A DNA stretch of 64,000 nucleotides, taken from assembly GCA_945957395.1 (NCBI GenBank), contig CAMFKE010000005.1, positions 1-64,000 on the forward strand, in the 5' to 3' direction. Numbering within the stretch: position 1 is the stretch's first letter; each line of letters starts with the position of its first letter. This stretch comes from an uncultured Opitutia bacterium (GTDB taxonomy: Bacteria; Verrucomicrobiota; Verrucomicrobiia; Opitutales; UBA953). Below the pieces are notes generated by a model. That model did no database searches, was not told where the DNA came from, and saw only the letters and a program-made list of their open reading frames with translations. The position numbers and the translations under genes were made by a program. Below are positions 13,489 through 22,216 of this stretch, piece after piece.

Positions 13489-15192
13489 ATGTCCGAAGGC
13501 AACTATCAGGTCATCGCCCGCCGCTGGCGCCCTCAGCAGTTCGACGAAATCGTCGGACAGGAGCACATCGTGCGCACCCTGAAGAACGCCATCACCACCG
13601 GCCGCATCGGCCACGCCTACCTCTTCGTGGGCCCCCGCGGCACCGGCAAGACCACGACCGCGCGCATCTTCGCCAAGGCCCTCAACTGCACCGGCGGCCC
13701 CTCCGTCGACCCGTCGCCGGACGACCCCGTCTGCAAGGCCATCGTCTCCGGCTCCTGCATGGATGTCATCGAGATCGACGCCGCCTCCAACCGCGGCATC
13801 GACGACGCCAAGCAGATCCGCGAGGAGTGCCAGTACGCCCCGGCCGAGTGTAAGTTCAAAATCTACATCATCGACGAGGTGCACCAGCTCACCAAGGACG
13901 CGTTCAACACGCTCCTGAAGATCATCGAGGAGCCCCCGCCGCATGTGAAGTTCATCTTCGCCACCACGGAGTCGGACAAGGTGATGGCCACCATCACCTC
14001 GCGCTGCCAGCGCTTCGAGTTCCAGCCCATCCCCGAGGAGAAGATCGCCGACCGCCTCACGACCATCGTGAACACCGACGGCGTGAACGCCGACCGCCCC
14101 TCGCTGCTGGCCATCGCCCGCCTCGCCAACGGCGGTATGCGCGACTCGCAGTCCATCCTCGACCAGGTCATCTCCTTCTGCGGCAAAAACATCACCGAGA
14201 AGGATGTCCTCGACATCTACGGCCTGGCCTCCGTCGCCGACATCGAGGGCCTGTGCAAGGCGCTCGCCTGCGGCGACCACGCCGGAGTCATCGCCTACGC
14301 CGACAAATTCGTGACCGAGGGGCGCGACCTCGTGCGCGTGCTCCAGCACGCCCAGGTGCGCGTGCGCGAAGCCCTGCTGGACGCCATCCGCAGCGGCAAA
14401 GGCGAGACCGCCTGCCTGGGCGCGCCGCTCTCCACGGAGCAACTCCTGCGCATGCTGGAGACCCTCCAGGCCGGCGAACCCGGCGTGCGCGGGGGCATTT
14501 CCGAACGCGCCCACTTCGAGGTCACCCTGCTCAAGGCCGTCGAGCAAAGCCGCTCCCGCGCACTCGACACGCTCATCCGAGACCTCGCCCACCTGGCCGC
14601 CGACACCCCTCCGGGTGCCGGCTTAAAAAAAATAAGCCGCCCGCGCCTGGCGTCGGAACTGTATGTATCCGGATCGGTCACCGTCGCCGCCCCGGAGATA
14701 ACGCCGCTGCGCGTCCAAGTGCGCGCCGAGGCCGCCCCGGCGAAAAAAACGGCTCACGCCGCGGAAGGAAAAACCAAGAAGGCCACGACCCTTGGAACGA
14801 CGGGAACGGGCCCCCGCTCCGCCCAACCCGAAATCCGAAATCCGAAATCGGAAACCCCGGCCGACGCCTTCTCCGACGGACCTCCGCTGGAATCCCTGGA
14901 GGCGCCCGGCGACCTCACCGACGCCACGCCTCCGGAATTCCGCGACATCCCCTCGGAACCGCCGGTCGAGCTCATCCCCACCGCCGTCCCCGGAGACGAG
15001 GATTTCGAGGCCGCGCTCCACGCCCTTCCCGAAAACCTGCGCGTCTGCCTGGAACACAAGTTCCGCGCCAGGTTCACCGAGATGGGCCGCGTCGACGAGG
15101 CGCGCGTGATTGTCGCCGGAGGCAAGAGCGCCCGCGCCGCCAAGGTCGCCGTCGACGACGAGGTTTCCCCCGACGCCCCCGAGTCCGACTGA
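13489..15192 (+). CDS. dnaX: DNA polymerase III subunits gamma/tau
   Basis: [17 protein letters not shown], Walker [18 protein letters not shown], sensor motifs, and a Pro/Ala-rich tau linker with C-terminal domain. Confidence 0.95.
   Translation: MSEGNYQVIARRWRPQQFDEIVGQEHIVRTLKNAITTGRIGHAYLFVGPRGTGKTTTARIFAKALNCTGGPSVDPSPDDPVCKAIVSGSCMDVIEIDAASNRGIDDAKQIREECQYAPAECKFKIYIIDEVHQLTKDAFNTLLKIIEEPPPHVKFIFATTESDKVMATITSRCQRFEFQPIPEEKIADRLTTIVNTDGVNADRPSLLAIARLANGGMRDSQSILDQVISFCGKNITEKDVLDIYGLASVADIEGLCKALACGDHAGVIAYADKFVTEGRDLVRVLQHAQVRVREALLDAIRSGKGETACLGAPLSTEQLLRMLETLQAGEPGVRGGISERAHFEVTLLKAVEQSRSRALDTLIRDLAHLAADTPPGAGLKKISRPRLASELYVSGSVTVAAPEITPLRVQVRAEAAPAKKTAHAAEGKTKKATTLGTTGTGPRSAQPEIRNPKSETPADAFSDGPPLESLEAPGDLTDATPPEFRDIPSEPPVELIPTAVPGDEDFEAALHALPENLRVCLEHKFRARFTEMGRVDEARVIVAGGKSARAAKVAVDDEVSPDAPESD
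14625..14635 (+). other. A8 homopolymer followed by an out-of-frame TAA inside dnaX at the tau/gamma boundary; candidate slippage site
   Basis: Zero frame is TTA AAA AAA ATA AGC (GLKKIS). Loss of one A gives TTA AAA AAA TAA, an immediate stop. The position, codon ~380 of 567, is proportionally the same as the E. coli gamma frameshift site. Confidence 0.4.
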
Positions 15193-15213
15193 CGCCCCGC
15201 CTTCGCTGACCAC

Positions 15214-15687
15214 ATGGCCTCCGTACCTCTCCATATCGGCATCATCTCCGACACGCACGGACTCATCCGGCCCGCCGCCGTCGAGGCCCTGCGCGGCGTC
15301 GCGCTCATCCTGCACGCCGGCGATGTGGGCGGCGACCGCATCCTGGACCCGCTTCGCGCCATCGCCCCGGTGAAGGTCGTGCGAGGCAACACCGACACCG
15401 ACCCGTGGGGGCGCAGACTGCCGCTCTTTGAGACCGCCTCCATCGGCCCGGACACCATTTACATGCACCACGGCCACCTCGAACCCGGCATCGATTTCCA
15501 CGCCGCCGGATTCAAGGTCGTCGTCTCCGGCCACACCCACATCCCGCACATCGAGTGGCGCCGGAACATCCTGCACATCAACCCGGGCAGCGCGGGCCAT
15601 CGCCGAAGCGCCCTGCCCGCCACCGTGGCGCGCCTCACGCTCACCGGACACGCCCACGACGCCCACATCATCGAGCTAGACTGCTGA
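15214..15687 (+). CDS. Metallophosphoesterase, YfcE/MJ0936 family
   Basis: IGIISDTHG, HAGD, GNTD, GHTH motifs typical of MJ0936-type phosphodiesterases. Confidence 0.85.
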   Translation: MASVPLHIGIISDTHGLIRPAAVEALRGVALILHAGDVGGDRILDPLRAIAPVKVVRGNTDTDPWGRRLPLFETASIGPDTIYMHHGHLEPGIDFHAAGFKVVVSGHTHIPHIEWRRNILHINPGSAGHRRSALPATVARLTLTGHAHDAHIIELDC

Positions 15688-15787
15688 CCGGAGGACCTCC
15701 GGCGGAAACCGGCAACACCCGTTCGTCCTTCGGCACCGCCCGCACTTCGCTCTTCTCTCTTTCAACGCCCGCGCTTACCTCCATCGC

Positions 15788-17128
15788 ATGTCCCACGGCT
15801 CGACCCACGACAGCCCGATCAAGCCCGCCGATCTGCGCGGCATCCTCAAATATGTGCCCATGTTCCGCGATCACATCTTCGTGATCGCCCTCGACGGCTC
15901 CATCGTGGAACACGAGAACTTCGCCAACACGGTGACCGACATCGCCGTGCTGCGCAGCCTCAACATCAAGGTCGTGCTCGTCCACGGCATCGGCAAGCAG
16001 CTGCGCGACGGCGCCGAGCGCGCCGGCATCAGGCCCTCCGACATCTACGGCGAGGGCCCCACCGACGCGAAGACCATGGCGCTCGCCCGCGAAGCCTCCG
16101 CGCTCGTCTCGCAGGTCATGCAGGAGGCGCTCTCGCAGGCGGGCCTCAAGTGCGCCGTGACCAACGCCGTGCGCGCCACCGAATCCGGTGTCATCCGCGG
16201 CAAGGACATGATCTTCACCGGCAAGGTGGAGAAAGTGGATACGGCGTTGCTCAAGAACCTCATCGCGCTGGATGTCGTGCCGCTCGTCTCGCCCATCCTG
16301 TGCAGCCGCGAGGGCACCTCGCTGCGCGTGAACAGCGACCTGCTCGCCGCCGAGCTCGCCACCGCCCTGGGCGCCTCCAAGGTCATCTACCTGACGCCCT
16401 ACCCGGGCCTCACCGTGGACGGCGAGCCCGAGCTCAACCTCTCCCTCGACGCGCTGCGCGCCGTGCTGGCCGCCAGGAAATCCGGCAACATCGAGGAGCG
16501 CCTGCTGTCCAAGTCCCGCTGCGCCGTGCGCGCGCTGGAAAACGGCGTGGCGCGCGCCCACATCCTCGACGGTCGCATCCTGGGCGGCCTGCTCACCGAG
16601 ATTTTCGACAAGGTCGGTCTCGGCACCATGATTCACGCCAACGACTACGAGCAGATCCGTCAGGCGCGCAAAAAGGACGCCCGCGCCATCCACAACATCA
16701 CGAAGCAGGGCGTGAGAAACGAAATGCTCGTGCAGCGCACGCTCCAGTACATCGAGCAGCACATCGACAACTACTTCGTCTACGAGATCGACGACTCCAT
16801 CATCGGCTGCGCCTACCTGCGCGACTACCCGGGCGCCGGCGCCATGGAGATCGGCTCCGTCTATGTTCAGCCCTTCTATCAGGGCAAGGATGTCGGCCGC
16901 AAACTCGTCGAGTACGGCGAGCTCGCCGCCGCCAAACGCGGCGCCAAAAAGCTCTTCGCCCTCACCACACAGGCCTACGGCTTCTTCCACGGCGTCTGCG
17001 GCATGGAGGACGGCACCCCCGACGACCTGCCCCCCGGGCGCCGCGACGAGCTCAAGGCCGGCGGCCGCAACTCCAAGGTGCTCTTCAAGAAGCTCTCGCC
17101 CGAGAAGAAGAAGCCCGTGCGCGCCTGA
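15788..17128 (+). CDS. argA: Amino-acid N-acetyltransferase (N-acetylglutamate synthase), AAK domain plus GNAT domain
   Basis: N-terminal amino-acid-kinase-like domain (FVIALDGS...VLVHGIG) and C-terminal GNAT acetyltransferase region (YVQPFYQGKDVGRKLV). Confidence 0.85.
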   Translation: MSHGSTHDSPIKPADLRGILKYVPMFRDHIFVIALDGSIVEHENFANTVTDIAVLRSLNIKVVLVHGIGKQLRDGAERAGIRPSDIYGEGPTDAKTMALAREASALVSQVMQEALSQAGLKCAVTNAVRATESGVIRGKDMIFTGKVEKVDTALLKNLIALDVVPLVSPILCSREGTSLRVNSDLLAAELATALGASKVIYLTPYPGLTVDGEPELNLSLDALRAVLAARKSGNIEERLLSKSRCAVRALENGVARAHILDGRILGGLLTEIFDKVGLGTMIHANDYEQIRQARKKDARAIHNITKQGVRNEMLVQRTLQYIEQHIDNYFVYEIDDSIIGCAYLRDYPGAGAMEIGSVYVQPFYQGKDVGRKLVEYGELAAAKRGAKKLFALTTQAYGFFHGVCGMEDGTPDDLPPGRRDELKAGGRNSKVLFKKLSPEKKKPVRA

Positions 17129-17156
17129 GCCGCGGCGCTCACCGCGAACAGAGCCC

Positions 17157-17972
17157 ATGAGCGAGCCCGCTTTTGACGCCGCGCACCCGCTCGCGCGCCC
17201 CTACAAGGTGCGCGAGATTCCCGGCACGCACGAGGGATGGTTCGTCGCCGAGGGCCGCCACAATGTCGAGGCGCTCATCCGCCACGGCTTCGCCCTCGAC
17301 TCCGTGCTCCTCGTGGCCGGCGCCCACGACGACCTTCCGGAAAAAATACCCGCGGGCGTGCCCGTGCTGCGTCCCGACAAGGCGCAGGCGCGCGAAATCT
17401 TCGGCGTGGACTTCCATCTCGGCGTGGCCGCCGTGGCGCGCGCCCCGAAGAAACGCCGCCTTTTCGAAGCCCTGCCGGCGCTTGGCGAACCGGACGCGAT
17501 GCCGCACACGCTGGTCGTCTGCCCCTGCCTGGGCGACGCCTCCAACCTCGGCGCCATCATCCGCAACGCCGCCGCCTTCGGCGCCCACGCCGTGGTGTGC
17601 GGGGAGCGCGGCGTGTCGCCGTGGAGCCGCAAAGCCGTGCGCGCCTCGTCGGGCACGATGTTCAACCTGCCCGTGTTCGTGAGCCCCGACCTGCACGCCG
17701 ACCTCGCCGAGTTCGCCGCGCGCGCCGACTGCACGCTGGCCGCCACGCGGCTGGGCCCCGGCGCGGTGCCGCTGCCCGGATGGAAGCCCGGGGCGCGGCA
17801 TGTGGCGCTGCTCATGGGCGGCGAAGCCCACGGTCTCTCGCCCGAATGGCTGCGCCTTCCCCACGAGGCCGTCATCATACCGATGGCCCCCGGGGTGGAC
17901 TCGCTCAATGTCGCCGCCAGCTCAGCCGTGGCGCTGTACCACCTGGCGCACGGCGACGCCGCCCGCCGATAG
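17157..17972 (+). CDS. TrmH/SpoU-family RNA 2'-O-methyltransferase
   Basis: LVVCPCLGDASNLGAIIRNAAAFGAHAVV...LMGGEAHGLS...APGVDSLNVAASSAVALY SpoU methylase motifs. ATG at 17157, 29 nt after argA; probably co-transcribed. Confidence 0.8.
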   Translation: MSEPAFDAAHPLARPYKVREIPGTHEGWFVAEGRHNVEALIRHGFALDSVLLVAGAHDDLPEKIPAGVPVLRPDKAQAREIFGVDFHLGVAAVARAPKKRRLFEALPALGEPDAMPHTLVVCPCLGDASNLGAIIRNAAAFGAHAVVCGERGVSPWSRKAVRASSGTMFNLPVFVSPDLHADLAEFAARADCTLAATRLGPGAVPLPGWKPGARHVALLMGGEAHGLSPEWLRLPHEAVIIPMAPGVDSLNVAASSAVALYHLAHGDAARR

Positions 17973-18000
17973 CCGGCCGACGCGGCGAAGAATCGCCGCC

Positions 18001-19038
18001 TTAGCGAGGACGCTCCACGAAGCCGGTCTTGCGGTAGACCTTGGACATCGTGCGGTTGGCGTTGCGCTGCGCGCCCTCGGCGCCGGCCTTCATCACGGCC
18101 TCCAGCGCGGCCTTGTCGTTCACCAGCGACTCGTAGCGCAGGCGCACCGGGTCGAGCGTGGCGATCACCGCGTCGGCCACGGCGTCCTTGAACTTGCCGT
18201 AGTTGGCGCCGTCGAAATCGGCCTCGAGCGCGGCGACGGGGCGACCGGTCACGCCGGAGAGAATGCTGAGCAGATTGGTGATGCCGGGCTTGTCGTCACC
18301 CGCACGCACTTCGCTGCCCGAGTCGGTCACGGCGGAGCGGAACTTTTTGCGGATGATGTCCGGGGTGTCGGTGATGTAGACGACGCCGGCGGGGTTCGGG
18401 TCCGACTTCGACATCTTCGAGGTCGGGTCCTGCAGCGACATGATGCGCGCGCCGGATTTGCCGATGAAGGGCTGCGGCAGCACGAAGGTGTCGGAGTAGG
18501 TGCGGTTGAACTTCTCAGCGAGGTCGCGCGCGAGCTCGAGGTGCTGCTTCTGGTCCTCGCCCACGGGCACGACCGAGGCGTTGTAGAGCAGGATGTCGGC
18601 GGCCATGAGCACCGGGTAGGTGAAGAGGCCGGAGCCGACGGATTCGAGCTTCTTGGACTTGTCCTTGAACTGCGTCATGCGCTCCAGCCAGCCCATCGGG
18701 CAGATGCAGCCGAGAATCCAGGAAAGCTCGGTGTGGCCGATCACATGGCTCTGCACGAACAGGTGGCTCTTCGCCGGATCGAGGCCGCACGCCATATACT
18801 GGGCGAGACAGTTGTAGGTGTTCGCGCGCAGGTCGGCCGGCTTGTACGGCATCGTGATGGCGTGCCAGTCCACGATGCCGAAGTGGCACTCGTAGTCGTC
18901 CTGCATCCGTCCCCAGTTGATGACGGCGCCCAGATAGTTGCCCAGGTGGAGTTTTCCGGTGGGCTGGGCGCAGGTGAGCACCACCGGCTTGGCGGCGGGC
19001 TTGCCTGCGGCGGTCGAAGCGGGTTCGGGAGCGGTCAT
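18001..19038 (-). CDS. trpS: Tryptophan--tRNA ligase
   Basis: Class I aaRS: TGKLHLGNYLG (HIGH-like) and KMSKS motifs. ATG at 19038 verified. Confidence 0.95.
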   Translation of the reverse strand: MTAPEPASTAAGKPAAKPVVLTCAQPTGKLHLGNYLGAVINWGRMQDDYECHFGIVDWHAITMPYKPADLRANTYNCLAQYMACGLDPAKSHLFVQSHVIGHTELSWILGCICPMGWLERMTQFKDKSKKLESVGSGLFTYPVLMAADILLYNASVVPVGEDQKQHLELARDLAEKFNRTYSDTFVLPQPFIGKSGARIMSLQDPTSKMSKSDPNPAGVVYITDTPDIIRKKFRSAVTDSGSEVRAGDDKPGITNLLSILSGVTGRPVAALEADFDGANYGKFKDAVADAVIATLDPVRLRYESLVNDKAALEAVMKAGAEGAQRNANRTMSKVYRKTGFVERPR

Positions 19039-19199
19039 ACGGTTTCGCAGTGAGAACGATTTCCCGTCGGTGGAAAATGAAAAACAGGACAAGGCATCAG
19101 GCGGAACACAGGCGCGTCCGGGCACGAATAATCCTTGGCGATGGAAGGGAACAGGAGAGGCAAGTCGCCTGTAGTCCGAAGCGCCCCCCACCGCACCCG

Positions 19200-21455
19200 A
19201 TGAAGCCGCTCCTGCCACTCTCCCTCCTGGCCGCCTCCCGACTCCTCGCCGTCGGCACCGATGTGGTGACCGAGGCCGACCTCCTTTCCGGCGCACAGGA
19301 CTTCGGCGAGCTGCGCCGCGGCAAGAGCGTCGACGGCAATCCGCTGCGCCTCGGCGGCAGGACCTTCGAGTCCGGACTGGGCACCCACGCCGTTTCCGAA
19401 ATCCCCGTCACCGTGCCCGCCGGCGCCGCTCGCTTCACCGGAGCAGCGGGCGTGGACGACGAGGTTGGCGCGGGCAAGGGCTCCGTGAAGTTCCGCATCC
19501 TCTCCGGCGAAGCCGTGTTGTGGGAATCCCCCGACATGAAGGCCGGCGACGCCCCCGCGCGATTCGACATAGCCGTGCCGTCCACACGGCATCGCCGCAT
19601 TTACCTGCAAGCCGACAACCTGGGGGGCAAGGACTCAGACCACGCCGACTGGGTGGACCTGAAGTGGGTGCGGGGCGCCGCTCCCTCCGCCAACGCCCCG
19701 CGCGTGATGCAGGGCGCCGAGTTCGGCCTCAAGCCCGGCGCCGACGCCGACCAGTCACCAGCGTTGCGCAAGGCGCTCACCGCGCTGCGCGAGGCCCCCG
19801 GCTCCACGCTCAAGCTCGCACCAGGCACCTACCGATTCCTCAACGACGGTGCGCTCAGGAAACATTTCCACATCTCCAACCACGAGCAGCCCACCTGGCA
19901 TGCCGTCTCCTTGCCACTCGTCGACCTGCGCCATGTCACCATCGACGGGCAGGGCGCCCTCTTCCTCTTCGACGGCTCCATGCAGCCGGTGCTCATCCAG
20001 GACTCCGAGAAAGTCGTGATCAAGGGCGTCGCCTTCGATTACGCCACGCCGCACCACTCGCAGGGCATCGTCACCAAGGTGGACGCCTCCGCCTACGAGC
20101 TCGAAGTGGACCCGAAGAAGTACCCGCATGAGATCAAAAACGGCTGGTTCCATTTCAAGGGCCCCGGTTGGGAGACGCGCGACATCGGATGGGGCATCCT
20201 GTTCGACGGCAAGACCCGCGCCATTCTCGCCGGATCCGGCGACTGCAACTATCAGGGCAAGCTCACCACGCTGGCCGAGGGCCGTTACCGTATCGAAAAG
20301 AACCTTGCCGGCGCCGGGCTGAAGCCGGGCGACGCCATCACCTTCCGCCACGACTGCTGGACCGCCCGCCCGCACCCCGCGGTGATGATTTACCGCTCCA
20401 AGGATGTGGCGCTGCTCAACAGCCCCATCCACGCCGCGCACGGCATGGCGCTGCTCGCCCAGCGCTCCGAGAACATCCGCGTCTCCGGCGGCGGCGTGTA
20501 CCCGCGCAAGGAAACCGGCCGATTCTTCTCCTCCAACGCCGACGCCGACCACTTCTCCAACTGCCGCGGCGCGGTCATCGTGGAAAACGCGCTCTTCGAA
20601 GGCATGATGGACGACGCCATCAATGTGCACGCCACCTGCCTGCGCATCGAGGAGAAGGTCGATGCGCGCACCTTGCGCTGCAAGTATGTGCATGGTCAGG
20701 CCTGGGGTTTCGAAACCTTCCTCCCCGGCGAGACGCTGCGCTTCATCGAGGCCAGCCACCTTTCGCCCGGCGAGACGCGCCAGGTGATCGCCGTGCGCAA
20801 ACTCAACGGCAAGGAACTCCTCATCACCCTAGACGCCGACGCCCCCGAGTCTCTCGGCAAGGGCGACGCCGTGGAGAACGCCGACTGGTTCCCGTCCGTC
20901 GTCTTCCGCGGCAACACGGTGCGTAACAACCGCGCGCGCGGCTCGCTCTTCACAACGCCCAAGCCCGTGCTCGTGGAGAAGAACCGGTTCGAGGCCATCG
21001 CCGGTTCCGCCATCCTGCTCGCCGGCGACGCCAACGGTTGGTACGAGTCCGGCGGCTGTCACGACGTCGTCATTCGCGACAACTACTTCCGCGACAACCT
21101 CACCTCACGCTTCCAGTTCACCGAGGGCCTCATCGTAGCCTTCCCCGAAGTGCCCGACCTGAAGGGCCAAAAGGAGTACTACCACCGCAAGGTGCGCATC
21201 GAGCACAACACCTTCGAGACCTTCGATGTCCCACTGGTGTATGCGATTTCCACCGACGGCATCACCTTCACGAACAACAAGGTGAACTACAACGACCACT
21301 TCCCCGGCTGGAAAAAGCCGCCCTTCATCCTGCGCCGCTGCGCCAATGTGGTCGTCGAAAACAACGCCGTCACGCGCCGGGGCGCACCGGTGAAATGGTC
21401 CGCCGCCGACGCCAAGTCGGAGCTCACCGAGCCTTCCGCCATCAGCATCCGGTGA
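19200..21455 (+). CDS. Secreted NPCBM-domain / right-handed beta-helix glycoside-hydrolase-like protein
   Basis: Signal peptide MKPLLPLSLLAASRLLAVG. NPCBM-like module (GKSVDGNPLRLGGRTFESGLGTHAVSE...DHADWVDLKWV). Followed by repeated NN/GN-rich parallel beta-helix turns (VVIRDNYF..., VRIEHNTF..., ITFTNNKV..., VVVENNAV). Confidence 0.7.
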   Translation: MKPLLPLSLLAASRLLAVGTDVVTEADLLSGAQDFGELRRGKSVDGNPLRLGGRTFESGLGTHAVSEIPVTVPAGAARFTGAAGVDDEVGAGKGSVKFRILSGEAVLWESPDMKAGDAPARFDIAVPSTRHRRIYLQADNLGGKDSDHADWVDLKWVRGAAPSANAPRVMQGAEFGLKPGADADQSPALRKALTALREAPGSTLKLAPGTYRFLNDGALRKHFHISNHEQPTWHAVSLPLVDLRHVTIDGQGALFLFDGSMQPVLIQDSEKVVIKGVAFDYATPHHSQGIVTKVDASAYELEVDPKKYPHEIKNGWFHFKGPGWETRDIGWGILFDGKTRAILAGSGDCNYQGKLTTLAEGRYRIEKNLAGAGLKPGDAITFRHDCWTARPHPAVMIYRSKDVALLNSPIHAAHGMALLAQRSENIRVSGGGVYPRKETGRFFSSNADADHFSNCRGAVIVENALFEGMMDDAINVHATCLRIEEKVDARTLRCKYVHGQAWGFETFLPGETLRFIEASHLSPGETRQVIAVRKLNGKELLITLDADAPESLGKGDAVENADWFPSVVFRGNTVRNNRARGSLFTTPKPVLVEKNRFEAIAGSAILLAGDANGWYESGGCHDVVIRDNYFRDNLTSRFQFTEGLIVAFPEVPDLKGQKEYYHRKVRIEHNTFETFDVPLVYAISTDGITFTNNKVNYNDHFPGWKKPPFILRRCANVVVENNAVTRRGAPVKWSAADAKSELTEPSAISIR

Positions 21456-21515
21456 GGCCCGCGCCCGCCCCGCCTCGCCCCGGCATACCGCCAAGGGCCG
21501 CGGCGGGGCCGGTTT

Positions 21516-22118
21516 CTACCGCAGATTTATCCTGCGCCCCTTGGCGTAGAACTCGCGATCCGCATCGTTGATTTCGCGCAACACCCGGCACGGGTTCCCC
21601 ACCGCCACCACATTCGCCGGGATGTCCCTGGTCACGACACTGCCGGCGCCGACCACGGTGTTCTCGCCGATCGTCACGCCGGGCAGCAGGATGGCTCCGG
21701 CGCCGATCCAGACATTGGCGCCGATGCGCACCGGCAGATTGAACTGCGCCACCTTCCTTCGCAGCTCGGGCTCGATGGGGTGCGCCGCCGTGGCCACCAC
21801 GACATTCGGGGCGAACATCACATTGTCGCCGACATAAATGTCGGTGTCGTCCACGAGCGTGAGGTTGAAGTTCGCATACACGTTGTTTCCAAAATGCGTG
21901 TTGCGCCCCCAACTGGCTCGCAGCGGCGGTTCGACATAGCAGTTTTCGCCGACCTCGGCGAGCAGCTCGCCCAGCAAACGGCTTCGGCGCTCCGACTCAC
22001 CCGGCCGGGTATGGTTGAAGTCGTAGAGCTTTTCCAAACACATCGCCTGCTCCCGCATCAGCGCCTCGTCATTGCAGAAATACAGCTCTCCGTTCTTCAT
22101 GCGCTCTTGGTTGGTCAT
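21516..22118 (-). CDS. maa: Maltose/galactoside O-acetyltransferase (hexapeptide-repeat)
   Basis: MTNQERMKNGELYF N-terminus and left-handed beta-helix hexapeptide repeats (IGANVWIGAGAILLPGVTIGENTVVGAGSVV). Confidence 0.85.
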   Translation of the reverse strand: MTNQERMKNGELYFCNDEALMREQAMCLEKLYDFNHTRPGESERRSRLLGELLAEVGENCYVEPPLRASWGRNTHFGNNVYANFNLTLVDDTDIYVGDNVMFAPNVVVATAAHPIEPELRRKVAQFNLPVRIGANVWIGAGAILLPGVTIGENTVVGAGSVVTRDIPANVVAVGNPCRVLREINDADREFYAKGRRINLR

Positions 22119-22216
22119 GGCGCGGCTCACAATAGGACCACACGGCCCGCCAACGAAGTTAATTCCGCCCGACGGTCCGGAAACGGGAAAACCTGCCGGA
22201 TCCGCCGCGTTGAAAT

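Noticed and set aside
14829-14851. gaaatcc gaaatcc gaaatcg tandem repeat inside dnaX
   Set aside because: It lies within the coding linker (PEIRNPKSE), a low-complexity region of tau, and is not in an intergenic or regulatory position.
13489-15192. Classical -1 programmed ribosomal frameshift in dnaX at the A-run
   Set aside because: The -1 frame after the A8 run stays open for ~190 codons (to 15209), so a -1 shift would not produce a truncated gamma. Only loss of one A or a +1 shift gives the immediate TAA. This is kept as a finding in that form.
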